The notes beneath the pieces were generated by a model. That model was given only the letters and a program-made list of their open reading frames with translations. It made no database searches and had not been told where the DNA came from. From Lama guanicoe (taxonomy: Eukaryota), in the NCBI GenBank assembly GCA_013239625.1, contig MU053557.1, positions 1,433,063 to 1,497,062 of the forward strand: a stretch of 64,000 nucleotides of DNA, given 5' to 3'. Below are positions 51,966 through 64,000 of this stretch, piece after piece (the stretch's first letter is position 1; each line of letters opens with the position of its first letter). The position numbers and the translations under genes are program-made.

Positions 51966-52656
51966 ATGTTAGATTAAAATTATCAGAAAGGGTTCTTCCT
52001 GGGACTTTGCCTGGATGTCATGTCAGGGTAGCTCCTAAAATGATCCCTTCTTTAAACTGAATACAGTGATGACGCCCTGCATGCCATCACCACTGGTCTA
52101 CCATGGAGGAGAGAGTCAAATAGCAAGGGACAATGCAAGCACTATAGTTATTTGTAAGGTTTTAAATAAAGGTTTCAAATTGGCACTGGCTATTTCAGGA
52201 TGGTCTGGGAAAATAAATAACAGGCTTAAACAGTTTTATCTTGTATGGACAGTTTAGCCACCCCCTAGACTTGTGTCTAAAGAGCTTCAAAGGATACAAT
52301 AACATTGGACTGTCATCCTTCTAATCCCCACACTTTATTTGAGCACATTCAATTCTGTAGCCTTCTCCTCCCTGCTAAGCTGAAATCAATGTATTGACAT
52401 CTTGGTGGGAGAAGGGGAACAAGAGACAGCTAAGCTGTTCCCTGGAGGAAAAACTAGAGACAGATGAATCCTTGTTCCCATGGGTCAGGACAGCAGAGGC
52501 TAAATTCTGCTAAAAAATTCTCTCCACGGGGTGATGCAGGAGACACAAGGACCCTCAGATGAGTATTCCTCTCTGTCCTCTGCCTTTATTGCCTATTGTG
52601 CTGGGACCATCTAGGATGCTGAGTTCAGTGAATAATGGAGAGATCTCTTTCTCATT

Positions 52657-52667
52657 CTCTCCCTCTC

Positions 52668-52703
<36 letters not shown>
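52657..52703. repeat. Compound (CT)n(CA)n microsatellite
   Basis: CT-rich run followed by a CA run. Confidence 0.9.
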
Positions 52704-52859
52704 TATTCTAATAGATTAGATCTTTTTAGAACCTGCATTGACACTTTTAGAACCCTAGTGTCCTGCTTAGAAGTGTAAGGGATCCACATCTGCAGTTATG
52801 CTCAGTGTCACCTTTGTGAAAGGCCCAGTATCCCCAGAGGAGCAGAAGTAGTTTTTCAA

Positions 52860-52881
52860 AAATAATAATAATAATAATAAT
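52860..52881. repeat. (AAT)n microsatellite
   Basis: About 7 AAT units next to a MIR end. Confidence 0.88.
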
Positions 52882-53095
52882 ATCATCTACATATTTCAGA
52901 AACTGTACTAGGTGCTTGAAATACATTCCTCATTTGTTCCTCACAATTCTGAGGTGAATAATATTATCCCCACTTGACAGATGAGAAACTGAGCCTTAAG
53001 AGAGGTTCAGTGACTTGCCTGAGGTTGGTCAGCTAGTAAGTGGTGAAGCAAGTGTTCAAGCCCAGGAAATCTGAAGCCAGATTTCATGTTGATAC
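52882..53095 (-). mobile_element. MIR SINE
   Basis: ATTATCCCCACTTGACAGATGAGAAACTGAG...AGAGAGGTTCAGTGACTTGCC...CAGCTAGTAAGTGG. Confidence 0.85.
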
Positions 53096-56000
53096 CTAGT
53101 ACTGAATCAAGCCTGAATGAGGACCAAAAATAATTATCTACTGGAGGGTGGAATAGATGAAGAAGGAAAAGAAGAGGAGTAGAGACATTATTAACAATTT
53201 TTATCTCTTACAGTATCATGGCTACCAATTACTAGATATGGTCTCATTATTTGGACATGTGTTTTTGTCTGTCTTAGGCTTCAATCAATTTGTCTTAGTT
53301 AGACTTCAGTCTGGTGAACAGAGTCTGCCCCGCTGAGTACACAGAAAATGCTGGATAAATAACCTCCATTCAGGAAACAAATGACACAATTCTTGGAAAT
53401 CTCAGGAAATTACACCACCTCACCAGGTTGTTAATTTACTCTTCATTCCTCAATTTCTTACATTGTCTGATAATAGAATCCATCTCTGAAAGCTTCATGA
53501 AGGTAAATGAGATTATGTTTATAGAGAGTTTAGCAAAGCCCATCACATAGTAGGCACTCTGTATAATTTATTATTACTAACATTATTATAACATACAGGT
53601 TTCCACTGGTTTAAAATGAACTACCTATCTATATGTATATATGTATGTTTATATTTATATAATACTACATATAATACAAATATTGCTATTAAAATAATAG
53701 CTATCATTTCTTAAGTACTTAATATCTTACAAGCAGGTTAGAAGGTGATTTCTATATATCACTAATTTTAACAGTGAAGCTCAGAGAGGTCGACAATATA
53801 TATTTGATCACACAGCTAAAATGAACAAGAGCTAAAGTAAAAATCTGAGTCTGTGTGATTTCAGAGTCAATGGTATTTCTGGTAAAATGAAGGACAGCAT
53901 CTGAGCTGGGTTCCCACCGCCCTGCCCCTCCAGGACATGACAAGTTAGTAGTGATGGGTGTGCTCCCTGTCTCTCAGCCCATAAGGCATGCCCTTGCTTC
54001 CCACCCTGGGACACAGCATGTCTCTCAAAGCAGAAACTGCCCCTTTGCAGTGAGGCTATCAAAATCACCACCCTGGCATTTGAGGGAAGACAGACTTGCA
54101 GAAGGCAGTAGCTTCAATCCTGATGGACCCTGGAATTCCTCACTGAGAGGAAATCAAACCTAGGAAACAGTTATCCATTCCTGTTGACCTCCAGCTCCTA
54201 AGATAGAATCAGTCTTGCTTCCTGGAAAAGATACCACTGGCCGGGCATGTCTTAGCACACACTAGTGCATTCGTAGAAAGGAAGGAGTCCGTTCAGACCC
54301 AGGTTACCCGTCCCCTCTCATGGCACTCAACCCTGTGTTGTAGCAAAGGCCATCTACTATGACCCACTACTGCGTAATCGCTAAGAAAACAAAATTTATT
54401 AAAGAAAACCCAAAATGCCAGCTTCTTACAAGCTAGCCTGAGCATTATGTATAATCAATAGTGCCCTGCCTTTTAAAAACTGGATTAATGAAGCAACCAA
54501 CCTTGTGATTTGAGTGGAGGTGGGTAATAACATTTACCAGCCAACACTGCTTTCAGTCTGTATATTTATGCTTATGTTACTTTTCTGCAAAGTGAGTAGC
54601 AAAGAGACCATCCTATTTGAGTGCTGATTATATTTATATTGATTATACTTAATGCATGGATGGGAGTGGGAGGTTGTAAGCAAGAGAATGCGTTATTAAC
54701 AATCTTTAATCAGATGGCCTTTTAAATCTGCTCGTAGATACTGAATATCACTCTGCTTCATTCTGCTATCTCTTCTTATTCTCGTAATTCAATGAGAAAA
54801 ATACCAATTAATAGCAATATTGATTTTAGCAGCTTACAATTACTGAGTGCTTACTAAGACCCAAACACTCAAAATCTCACTTCTCACAGCAAACCAATAA
54901 GGAAGGCATTATTTTCCCAATTTTACAGTTGAGAAAACTGAGATCTACAGCTTTTAAGCCAACTTTCCACACAAGTTATTACTGTTCATCAGAAGTGGAG
55001 TGAGGACTTAGCACCAGGTGTATGTGCCATTAGCCTCTGGGCTTGACCACCATACTGCCCAGCCTGCTGACAAAGGAAGGGCAAGCCCAGGGTGGGGAAA
55101 GTACTGCATCCTGACACATGTCTACTTTGATCAGAGTACTTCCCAACAAGGTGCTCCAGCTCTCATTATCATTTTCTCTGTGGTCTAGTCCAATCTAAGA
55201 CCTTTCTGTGTCCTTTAATATGAGAACAAATGGCTGCAGTAAGAATTCATTCATTCCATCCATTCCATAAATGCTTGCTGAGGACCTAGTCTATACCCAC
55301 ACCTGTGCTGAGCACTCAAGAACTGTTACCTCAAGAAATTTAGCGTTTACGCCATTCAGTGCACAAGATGCACACAGAAACACATAGCTGGGCACCCAGC
55401 TCAGAACGACCCAAGGGAAGTGTCATCAGAGCTGAGACCTAGGGTAAAGAGAATCTATCAAGGCAAAGTGTGTGTGTGAGAGCTGCAGCCTCCGGATTTG
55501 TCCTGTCTCCTCCCCTCCAGAACGCTGGGATTGTTCCTCTTTATGGATTCACCAGAACCAAAAGCAGCAATCCCAACCACCAGTCCATTAAATAAGGGGA
55601 AATATAGTCTGTTGCATGAAAAAGAAAACCTAGTAGGACAAGAATGTTATGAGGCAGGTGGTTAAGGTAAGTCATGGCTTCCAGTGACCTTGGCAGACTA
55701 TAAGCATCTCCCTGAGCAGCCCCTTCCCTCATCATTGCTGCATAAATATGTATGTAAAGGTATATAAATATAAAAGTAACCACTGGTCAAATACTCAGAA
55801 GGTAGTGAAGAAAGAAGGCTCACAAGTTGGTGCTCTTATCGTAGGGTGACAGCCCTTCAGTCCTGTAATTCTAGCATGTTGTTTCCTTTGGGTGGGGTGT
55901 GGTGGTGTAGAACTACACGGCTACTACTCATTGGTCAACCCAAGCACAGGGCACGTTTGCTCCTCCAGGTGCACGCAAGCCCAGAGGAAGTGCTGAAATC

Positions 56001-56729
56001 AGCTACTTTTTGGCTCGAAGGCACCAAGGGAACTCTAGAATTGGCTACTTTTCTTGCAACATTAATTGACATTAAACTGACATTGGTGAGGATGGGAAAT
56101 TAGGACTAAAGAGTACAGTACATCTGTGTTCTTTTGCTGGAATATTAGTTCATTTCCCTTTGAACTGACACACAGAGTCATGTATTTGGTTACAAATATA
56201 TGATCTTACTAGGTCAAAATGCAGTAGGGTAGACACCATGTAAGAGGTTGTTAAAGGGCAGATGCTACACTCGTGTGTATCTATGTTAATGTGATAAGCA
56301 TTGGAAGTCTGTCTTAGGAAGGATGTGTTTCAGGCAAAGAAAATAGCATATGCAAATTAAAAACAGTGTGTATCTGATTTCAAGCAGTGTTTTTTGTCTG
56401 GATCATAAGGGTCCTGGCAAGGAGTGTTGAACTATGAGGCTAGAGGGGTGAACAAGGCCCACTGCATAAATCATGTTAAGAGTTCTGGGTTCAGTTAGCT
56501 GTCTAATCAAATCATGCCATTAAGAGTGTCATAAGAAGTCACAGCCTAAAGAGAAAAGGCTACCACTCTCTGAGAAGTGGACTGAGTTTCTAGAAGATGC
56601 CTGAGCTCAGTTTTTCACAGATTCTCTCTTCACTGCAGTTGAGGGAGACACCTGAAAGGCACTGAGTTACCGACTATGATCCATAAAATGCTTAATGCTG
56701 CCCTAGTAAGATTAAAAGGGAGGAAACTT

Positions 56730-57150
56730 CTGTGGCACACTGCATTACTGTGTCCCCTGTTCCCTGAAAGAGGTCAATACGTCCTTAACCATTGCCACGT
56801 CTCCCGCAGTATCCCCACCTCCTCGTTGATACGGGGCTTGGCCTTGTGATATGCTTTAGCCAGAAGAATGTGAATCTGACATATGGCACATCAGAGCAGG
56901 TACTAAGAGGCATTGCTTGTTTCTGCCAGCCCTCTTGCTCTTTTTGCCTCTGCCATAAGAACGGCATGTCTGGAATCAGGTCTGTTCCTTTAGTCTAGTT
57001 CCTGCAATACAGAAATTAAGCAATGTGGAACAGACCACAGCAGCTGACCAGTAGTCACCAACATGCAATGTAACTGAGAGATAAACTGGTATTTAAGTCA
57101 CTAAGAGAGTGGGGTTATCTGTTCCTGCAGCAAATCTGAATAACATACCT
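56730..57150 (+). mobile_element. MLT1 MaLR LTR
   Basis: TGTGG start...GGGCTTGGCCTTGTGATATGCTTTAGCCA...GCCATAAGAACGGCATG...GTTATCTGTTCCTGCAGCAAA...AATAACA end. Confidence 0.75.
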
Positions 57151-57909
57151 TCTAAGAGAGCTCTTTTGATTTCACTGCTGGCCACACAAGAAAAAAACTC
57201 AACAGCAAAGCAAAATAAAAGAAACAAACGCCTTTGAATGGGGTGACTGTCTATGCTCAGAGCTGAGTTTACATCCCACATTGTCTATGATTTTGAAATG
57301 ACTTCCTGTAGGGCTGTAAGAACATTTCTGGAGTCATATCCATCTTAACAGGGAAAATCGGCATAATCGATTAGTAATGTCTGCCATGAGCATGGAGTTG
57401 AGAGGTGGTGACACAGATGACATGTTTGTCATTGAGAGCCTCATCTTCTCCCGCCCTTCCTGCCTTTCAAAGAAAAAAATACTGTATTTTGCCCATTGTC
57501 TTCCTCTGGACCCTTCCAAATACCCCTCCCTCTCACTGGAATCTCACAACTCTGGTTGCAGTACCTGGGAGAGTGGTGGGAAATGAGGCTGGCACTTTTC
57601 CTGATTAAGGATCAGTGTAAACACTCATCTTTCTCCCTTGGATGACCTGCCCATGTGCGATACTCTGAAAGAAGTGACCAGTTTTACTGACGTCGTAACT
57701 GGTCTGTAACTCTTCAGAGTGGAAGCAAGTATGGGTATCCTCACAAAACGCCATTCCTGCCAATTCTGCTAGCTCACTCAGGTTTGGGCTGGGACATCAA
57801 ACTGTGAACCAGGGACATATTTCATGTAATAATCAGGCATTGGCACTAGCATATGCCATATTCCTCCTCACAGAAAGCCACCCTCCAACACACCACTCTT
57901 ACATTGTTA

Positions 57910-57928
57910 GAGCGCCATCTAGAGGCCA
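57910..57928 (-). promoter_or_regulatory. Candidate CTCF binding site
   Basis: Minus strand TGGCCTCTAGATGGCGCTC closely fits the CTCF core TGGCCACCAGGGGGCGCTA, with substitutions at tolerant positions. It lies in unique sequence and keeps its CpG. Confidence 0.6.
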
Positions 57929-58059
57929 CTCTAACAAACATCGTTTCCCAAGCATCTCGATTAGCTGGCTATGAAGGGAGAAAAACTAAATGAGGAGGGG
58001 GGAAAAGAAGAGACATGCATCTCCATGGGGCAGGGTGCTACTGTAGGAGACTGAATGCT

Positions 58060-58215
58060 TTACCTCACAACCATATAAAGTAGTTATTAGTATCCCCATT
58101 TTACAGGTGAGAAAACTGAACTTAGAGCGTGTTCTTTGCTCAGCCAAGAAGCCGAGCTAGGATTCAAACCCATCTTGCTGATATCAACACTGATGCTTCT
58201 TTTACTGTTTAACAC
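58060..58215 (-). mobile_element. MIR SINE
   Basis: TATCCCCATTTTACAGGTGAGAAAACTGA...GAGCTAGGATTCAAACCC. Confidence 0.82.
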
Positions 58216-60664
58216 TTCCAGCTCTTGATTTGACTCAGCACTTCCGGATTTCAGGAAGTTTTGTTACTCCTCCACAGACTGTGTTAACTTCAATGAAGAT
58301 GTGTCTGTGCTGAACCAAATGGATTTATTTAGACATTTCTTATCTTGACTATTCCATGACGTTTTCATCTATGGCAGATAGGCACTACATAAATGTTCGT
58401 TGAATGAATAAATGACTAAATAAATGCAATGTTTTTTCCTTGCCTCCTTTCAAACCCTTTTCACAGTTATATTCCAAGAATAGCTGCACCCACATCTGAC
58501 CACTCTTTACATGCTCCTCGTCTGAAAGGTCTCTTTCGCCACCCTCTTCCACCCTTCAAGTAAATGCCATGCTACAAAATCCATGCATTTCTAAGGGCAA
58601 AGTGATTCAGAGTTAAAATTATTCAGGACATACCCAATATAAAGAAAACCCTATGCAAAACCATTTTTCTACAATTAAAAAAAAATCATTTAACCATCTG
58701 AATAACTACTTTCTTATTCACCTGCTTTGTTGAGCTTGGTTTCCTGATACTGGCTTATATTAACTAAGGTGTGGCTATCCATCTATACATTAATGTTTAT
58801 TTTTCAGTGACACCCAGTTAAGCATCATATTTTTCCTCAGACTCTAGACGTCATTTCAGGATGAGTGTAAGCTCTACGAGGGCAAGTACCAACTTTAAAC
58901 ATATTTTGTAACTCTCTAATACCCACTGCAGCGTCTGCAGCTGACCAAGGATTCCTCCTCATCTCTAGCTAGCCCTTTGAAAGAAAATACTAATGAGCAA
59001 TTAAATGTTAAAAAGGAGCCAAAGAATGAGGAGTAGGTTTTCCCAGAAAGTAATTATTGACTGCCTACCAGATTCCAGGAACCACATCAGGTGATGGGGA
59101 CACAGAGTCTCTGTCCTCAAGGCTATACATAATTCCACAAGATAAACAGACAATTAAGGTGTGGTGCTCTGGGTCAGCAGAGCCCTGGGGAAATCCTACA
59201 CTTTGACGAAAGGCAAAAATGACTGACTGCTGCAGTCTGTAATTACTGAGCTTTCTCCTGAAGTGATGATAAGCGCTATAATGCAATTATAATAAATATT
59301 ATAATGCAATTACCATAAATGTGTGTTGGATTGAATTAAATTGCTGCCTTGCTCTCTAGAAGCTCAAATACAAAATATGAACCATGAAAATTAGAATTTT
59401 GTTTTGAATTCAGAGCTTCCCAGTAAGTTATTTCCTATTTTAACCTATAAGAGCCCTTAAGAAATGTTAATAGATTCTGTCCTACCCAAGTGGCCCTTTG
59501 ATTTGTTGAACAGATCCTTCTAGAAGCTTCTTTAGAATTTTCCCCAGTATTGGAGGTAAAAGAATCCAAGAAACTGGCACACCTAGAATCTACTTTCTCT
59601 GACATTGGGTGATTTAAAATTGATCATGACAAGTGAATGTGACTGAAAGCATCCACAATTGGTACAAAATTATGCCACATAACACTGTGGGCCCTAGGAA
59701 AACATATCTATATATGTTCTTCCCTCAGAATGAGGGGCATCTTCAGCCTCCTTCTTAGCACGCTCAGCACGTTCTCTGAGAACACAGCCTGTGTCTTTCT
59801 TGTTACCATACACTGGGTCCTGCCAAAGGGGAGGATCCAGAAGAAGCACCCTGCATATAATGGCATGAGTGAATATATGGTAATTGAATGCATGTAAATC
59901 TGCTGTCCCTTGGAATGGCCTGAAGTGTTCATGAAGTTGATAAATGGACATCTCTCCATCACCCTCCATGCTGAGCACATGGACCTTCTTTCCAACTTAA
60001 ACTTTCTGCCTTAACGCTTCCTCTTTTCCATCATACAAGTAAAACATGTTTTTATAGACATAGGAGAAAATTAAAATAGAGCAACCTTTTAAAAATAAAA
60101 AATTCTACCATCTAGCATGAACCAATATAACATTTTGTTTTATGTCTTTTTTAAGGTTTTTCTATGCAAATATACACTTTTAAAAACAAAAGCATTTTCT
60201 TGATGTACATATTTTGTGAACTTGTCCATGTATATATAAATGATGATGGACATATTTCATGTCGTAATTATGCTTGTATATGCTCATCTTTAGCGGTTAG
60301 AGTCATCCACTGTGTACATCTCAAAATTTACTTAACCTATATTTGATATCAGTCATCTAGGTTGTTTCCTGAATTTGTTATGTTAAGCTTCATTGTGACA
60401 AAAGTCTTTATACTTAAATATCTTGCATTCATTTGAGAGTTTCCTTAGAGAACCAACAGAATTGCTGAGCCAAAGGGAAAAGCCATTTTAAAGCCTCCTA
60501 ATGCTTAGGCCGCAATTTCTCTCTGGAACAACGCTAGGGAGTATCATTGTTGAAGCCTATGTGATAAAGAAATTTTTTAAATTCACTTATTTTCTACATT
60601 TGTTAAAGAGGAACACGATTACGTAAACCCCGCCTATGAATATTAAGCAGAATGTGTATAGTTA

Positions 60665-60880
60665 GGGAGTGAATTCTCAAGTCAGATTACATGATCCCAT
60701 ATCTTGATTTAGGCATCCACTAGTTCCGTGCCTCAGCCAGGTTAAGCAACTTCTTTGTGCTACAGTTTCCTCATCTGGAAAATGGGACAATTAAAATGTC
60801 TGTCTCTTAGGGTTGTTCTGAGGATCAATGAATTGATCCATAAAACGGATTCTGGATAGTATCTGGCACAATAAATGCTA
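60665..60880 (+). mobile_element. MIR SINE
   Basis: CACTAGTT...CAGTTTCCTCATCTGGAAAATGGG...AGGGTTGTTCTGAGGAT. Confidence 0.8.
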
Positions 60881-60899
60881 CACATTCTCTTCTTCCTTT

Positions 60900-61340
60900 G
60901 GGAAAACTGCTAAGCTAATTTTTTGGCCTCCCCTGTAGTTAGGTATGTCCATGAGACTAGAGCTTGAGATGAATTGGTGTGTATCATTTACTGGCCCAAC
61001 TCATAAATACCTTCAAGACATGATCCTCATCCACTCCCCTATCAGCCAACTGAACAGAAATAATCTCAAGGGCCCAGAGCAGGTAGACACAGGATGGGAG
61101 CATCCTGGTTCTTCTTTTTAACTCACGACCTTGTGCATGCTAGGCAAGCACTCTACCGCTGAGCTATGCCCGTCCCCGGGAGCATCCTGGTCCTATGAAG
61201 GAATGAGTGGAAAAGGAGCCCCACCCCACCAGTCACACAGAGGTCTCATTACCTCAGTGAGAAATAAATGTATATTGTGCTACATTAGAAATGTTTTGTT
61301 GCTCCTGTTATAGCAGTTAGCTTTTCTGGACTAGTAGAGT
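60900..61340 (+). mobile_element. Old MLT1 LTR (host of the SINE insertion)
   Basis: GCCTCCCCTGTAGTTAGGT...CCATGAGACT...TGAGAAATAAAT...TGTTATAGCAG. Confidence 0.6.
61110..61177 (-). mobile_element. tRNA-Ala-derived SINE (Vic-1-like), 3'-truncated
   Basis: Minus strand reads GGGGACGGGCATAGCTCAGCGGTAGAGTGCTTGCCTAGCATGCACAAGGTCGTGAGTTAAAAAGAAGA (A box and AGC anticodon-like arm). Perfect 14-bp TSD GGGAGCATCCTGGT at 61096-61109 and 61178-61191. Confidence 0.88.
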
Positions 61341-61985
61341 TACCTCTTATTATTCTTTTATCACGTACTATCTGTTTTGAAGAGAATTTTGATCTCAAGA
61401 TGTGAAAAATGGACAGATGAAAAGAGTTCAGAACCAAAAGTTTGCCACAGGTAATCCACAACTTCATACTCCATGAAGCCAAGGGTCATTTGTCTCTCTG
61501 AAATATGTTTCACCTCATCTCTTTCTTGTTTTTCCCCATTTCGGCATCAATGCTTCAGGCTAAAGAGGTTAATCTCAATACAGCTAAATGGGTTTATTCA
61601 ACTTAAAAACACAGATTCCTCATGTCCCCTTCTTAGCTTTACCAGTGAACATTATTTTCTTACATTTACTGAAACACTCAGTCCATAAATGCCGAAGTGT
61701 TAGCTGAGAAAATACAGGAGGAAACATTCTTCAGGAAAAAGAGAAATATTCAAAAGAAAGGCTATGGCATTAAAAAAAAATTGAACAACAATAACAAGAG
61801 AAAGTTCCCTATAATGGTTATGAAATGTCTAAAGCAAAGTCATACCAAACAGGAATATATTGCCCAAGTTTTTCTCTTGAGGATCATAGACACAAAAGAA
61901 AAATGCTCAATTTAGTGCACTATTCACTTTGCAAAAATGTAAAGAAGGAATGGAAAGGAAAAAGGATACCAAAAATTATACAGAA

Positions 61986-61988
<3 letters not shown>

Positions 61989-62036
<48 letters not shown>
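61989..62036. repeat. (AT)24 microsatellite
   Basis: Pure AT run. Confidence 0.97.
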
Positions 62037-62041
<5 letters not shown>

Positions 62042-63864
62042 TTTATGAGCATTGAGGCAAAAATGTATTCAGATACAAACCACAGGATTTGTTCTCTAAG
62101 GTTAGAACTTCCAGTTGAGACTAACTGAAGTATTTTTCAGAGCATTTTGATACTCAAGGGACCACAAAATATTAGTGACACTATCAAATGTTTATTTCTA
62201 AATATAGAATTAAATGACTACCCCCTTATCTGCACTATGCTCTACAATGTGTCTTGTATCCAGGAGAGTATTATCAGCCCCCATAGACGGGACACTGAAA
62301 TTCAGAGAGGTCAAGGGCTTGCCCAAGATGATCTACACAGTGTTATAAGGCAATGCAAGGAATCATCCACTGAGTGATGTGCATACTTCAGTTTTCATAT
62401 ATGAATCTTCTGGAAATGGTTAAAGTGACAGCTTTGATCAGGTTAATCAATGTAACAGTTTTAGATATGCCTGCGAGAGGTAAATGTGAGCAACAGGATG
62501 CATCTGAATTAGGTCAGCTGAAATCACAGAAAAGAACAATTGAATCGTTTAATAAGCAGTAGGTTAAACCCTATTCTAATAATTTCAGTGAAAGTACCTG
62601 GAATATGAAAGGTTTATCAACCCCACTTTAATAGCATACTGGTTTCAGGAAAGAGTAAACACAACAAAATTTGAGGCTAATAAAGTGATTTGGCAAGTGC
62701 TTTGAATCTTTTTGTGACATGATTTAACCTCTACATGTGTTCCTGAGAAACATCTATATAACAAATATTTATATATTTAAGTCCTATTTCCTGTTTATTT
62801 TCATTATTCCTTTTGAGACATAATTCTTTAGAAAAAGAACAGCTAAGAGATCTTTTTATAAAATCACATAAATATAACAAAGTTGTAAATAATCGTGCAT
62901 TAAAAAGGAAATTATACTTTCTTAAAAATGTAATAAGAATATCCCAAACAAAACACAACGTGGGAATTCAGAGTAAGAACTGAAAGGCATTTGGACTTTT
63001 TTGGTTGGTGTTGTATAATTTTTATGCTACACTGAACAAGTACGACAAAACAACAAACAGCAGAACTTCCTTTCAGTTCTAAATCAGTTTGGCAAATACA
63101 CATCGAATATTCTCTTTATTAGTAAAAATGCCAGCAGAAAACAGAATTCCTCCTGGATGACTCAAATAAAAATACTTTAATGAAATGGCTACTTATGGAG
63201 GTGTGAGCAGGGTTAAAGAGATGAAAAAGGGAATCGTGATGCTACGTAAATCTTTCTCAAATCAAAAAATAAAAAGCTCAAGTACCCAAATAGTAAGGTC
63301 CACTGTTGCTGTTTAGATGGACAGCAAAATTTTGCTTTGATATTTTGGCAGCTAAGCTTGGAGAAAGATATCATCAGTTTCATCAACTCCCTCAATATCA
63401 TCATCATCATCCTCAGAGAAATATTTACTATTCATTGAGTATCAAGAGCTGCCGTGGTGCTGAATAATTGTTAGAGCAATCCATCTGAATTAGTATGGAG
63501 AAGTGAAGAGAGAGAAAGGGGAGACCATAGGCCCAGAAGCAGGTAGAATCTCTACAAGGCTATAGAAACAGAGAAGTCATGACTATGTGGACCAAAGCAG
63601 TGACAGATGGATGGAAAGATGGAAAGGAAAGATGGGGCCAAGAAACAGTGGAAGGAAGATCCACTGGATGAATGATTGCAGCTGTAGGCTTGTAAGAGAA
63701 GAAAAAAAGGAGACAAACTTACTTCTGAAGTTCTAGTTCCATATGCCCAGAGGAATAATGACGTCATTAACAGCTAAGGGACGAGAGGAGGGTTGAGTGC
63801 AGGATAGAAATGGGAGTGAGGAAACAGCAAGGCACTTCTGGTCTTACCTCGCATAAGAACAGGG

Positions 63865-64000
63865 ACTTAGACATGGATTCAAGTCCTAGTTCAGCCCCTC
63901 ACTAGTTATGGGAAATAAGCCAAGTATCTGAGTCTTTGTTTCCTCACCTGAAAAGCCAGGCTAATTTTTTCTGCCTTCCTCACAGAGACTTCTTTCGGTT
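63865..64000 (+). mobile_element. MIR SINE (runs to the window end)
   Basis: AGACATGGATTCAAGTCCTAGTTCAGCC...CACTAGTTATG...GTTTCCTCACCTGAAAA. Confidence 0.7.

Noticed and set aside
59694..59995. Two overlapping minus-strand ORFs with charged, exon-like composition (LRERAERAKKEAED)
   Set aside because: No recognisable homology or convincing splice-site pair. Cannot be supported as coding.
61110..61177. Possible functional tRNA-Ala gene
   Set aside because: Lacks the 3' half of the T arm and acceptor stem, and has a TSD and A tail. It is a retrocopy.

Overview
Mammalian non-coding DNA rich in repeats (intergenic or a long intron). It is most likely camelid: there is a tRNA-Ala-derived Vic-1-like SINE at ~61.1 kb, the L1 3'UTRs are of cetartiodactyl type, and I recognised no Alu, Bov-A, PRE-1 or Can-SINE. 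I found no host protein-coding exon that I can support. The main feature is a full-length, apparently intact LINE-1 at 44241-51399 (+). It has a CpG-rich 1.74-kb 5'UTR, an open 300-aa ORF1, a 397-bp inter-ORF spacer, an open 1265-aa ORF2 with all catalytic motifs, a 3'UTR and a short target-site duplication (TSD). It sits nested inside a tiny older L1 tail. The window also holds a decayed full-length older L1 (24.6-31.6 kb), a scrambled L1 mosaic (0.24-3.4 kb), several 5'-truncated L1s, many ancient MIR/L2/MaLR/MER elements, a near-perfect 248-bp tandem duplication, a strong CTCF-like motif and several enhancer-like unique blocks. Apart from the L1 ORFs and their decayed remnants, the short ORFs in the track look like chance. 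Family names for ancient repeats come from recognition by eye, and their boundaries are approximate.
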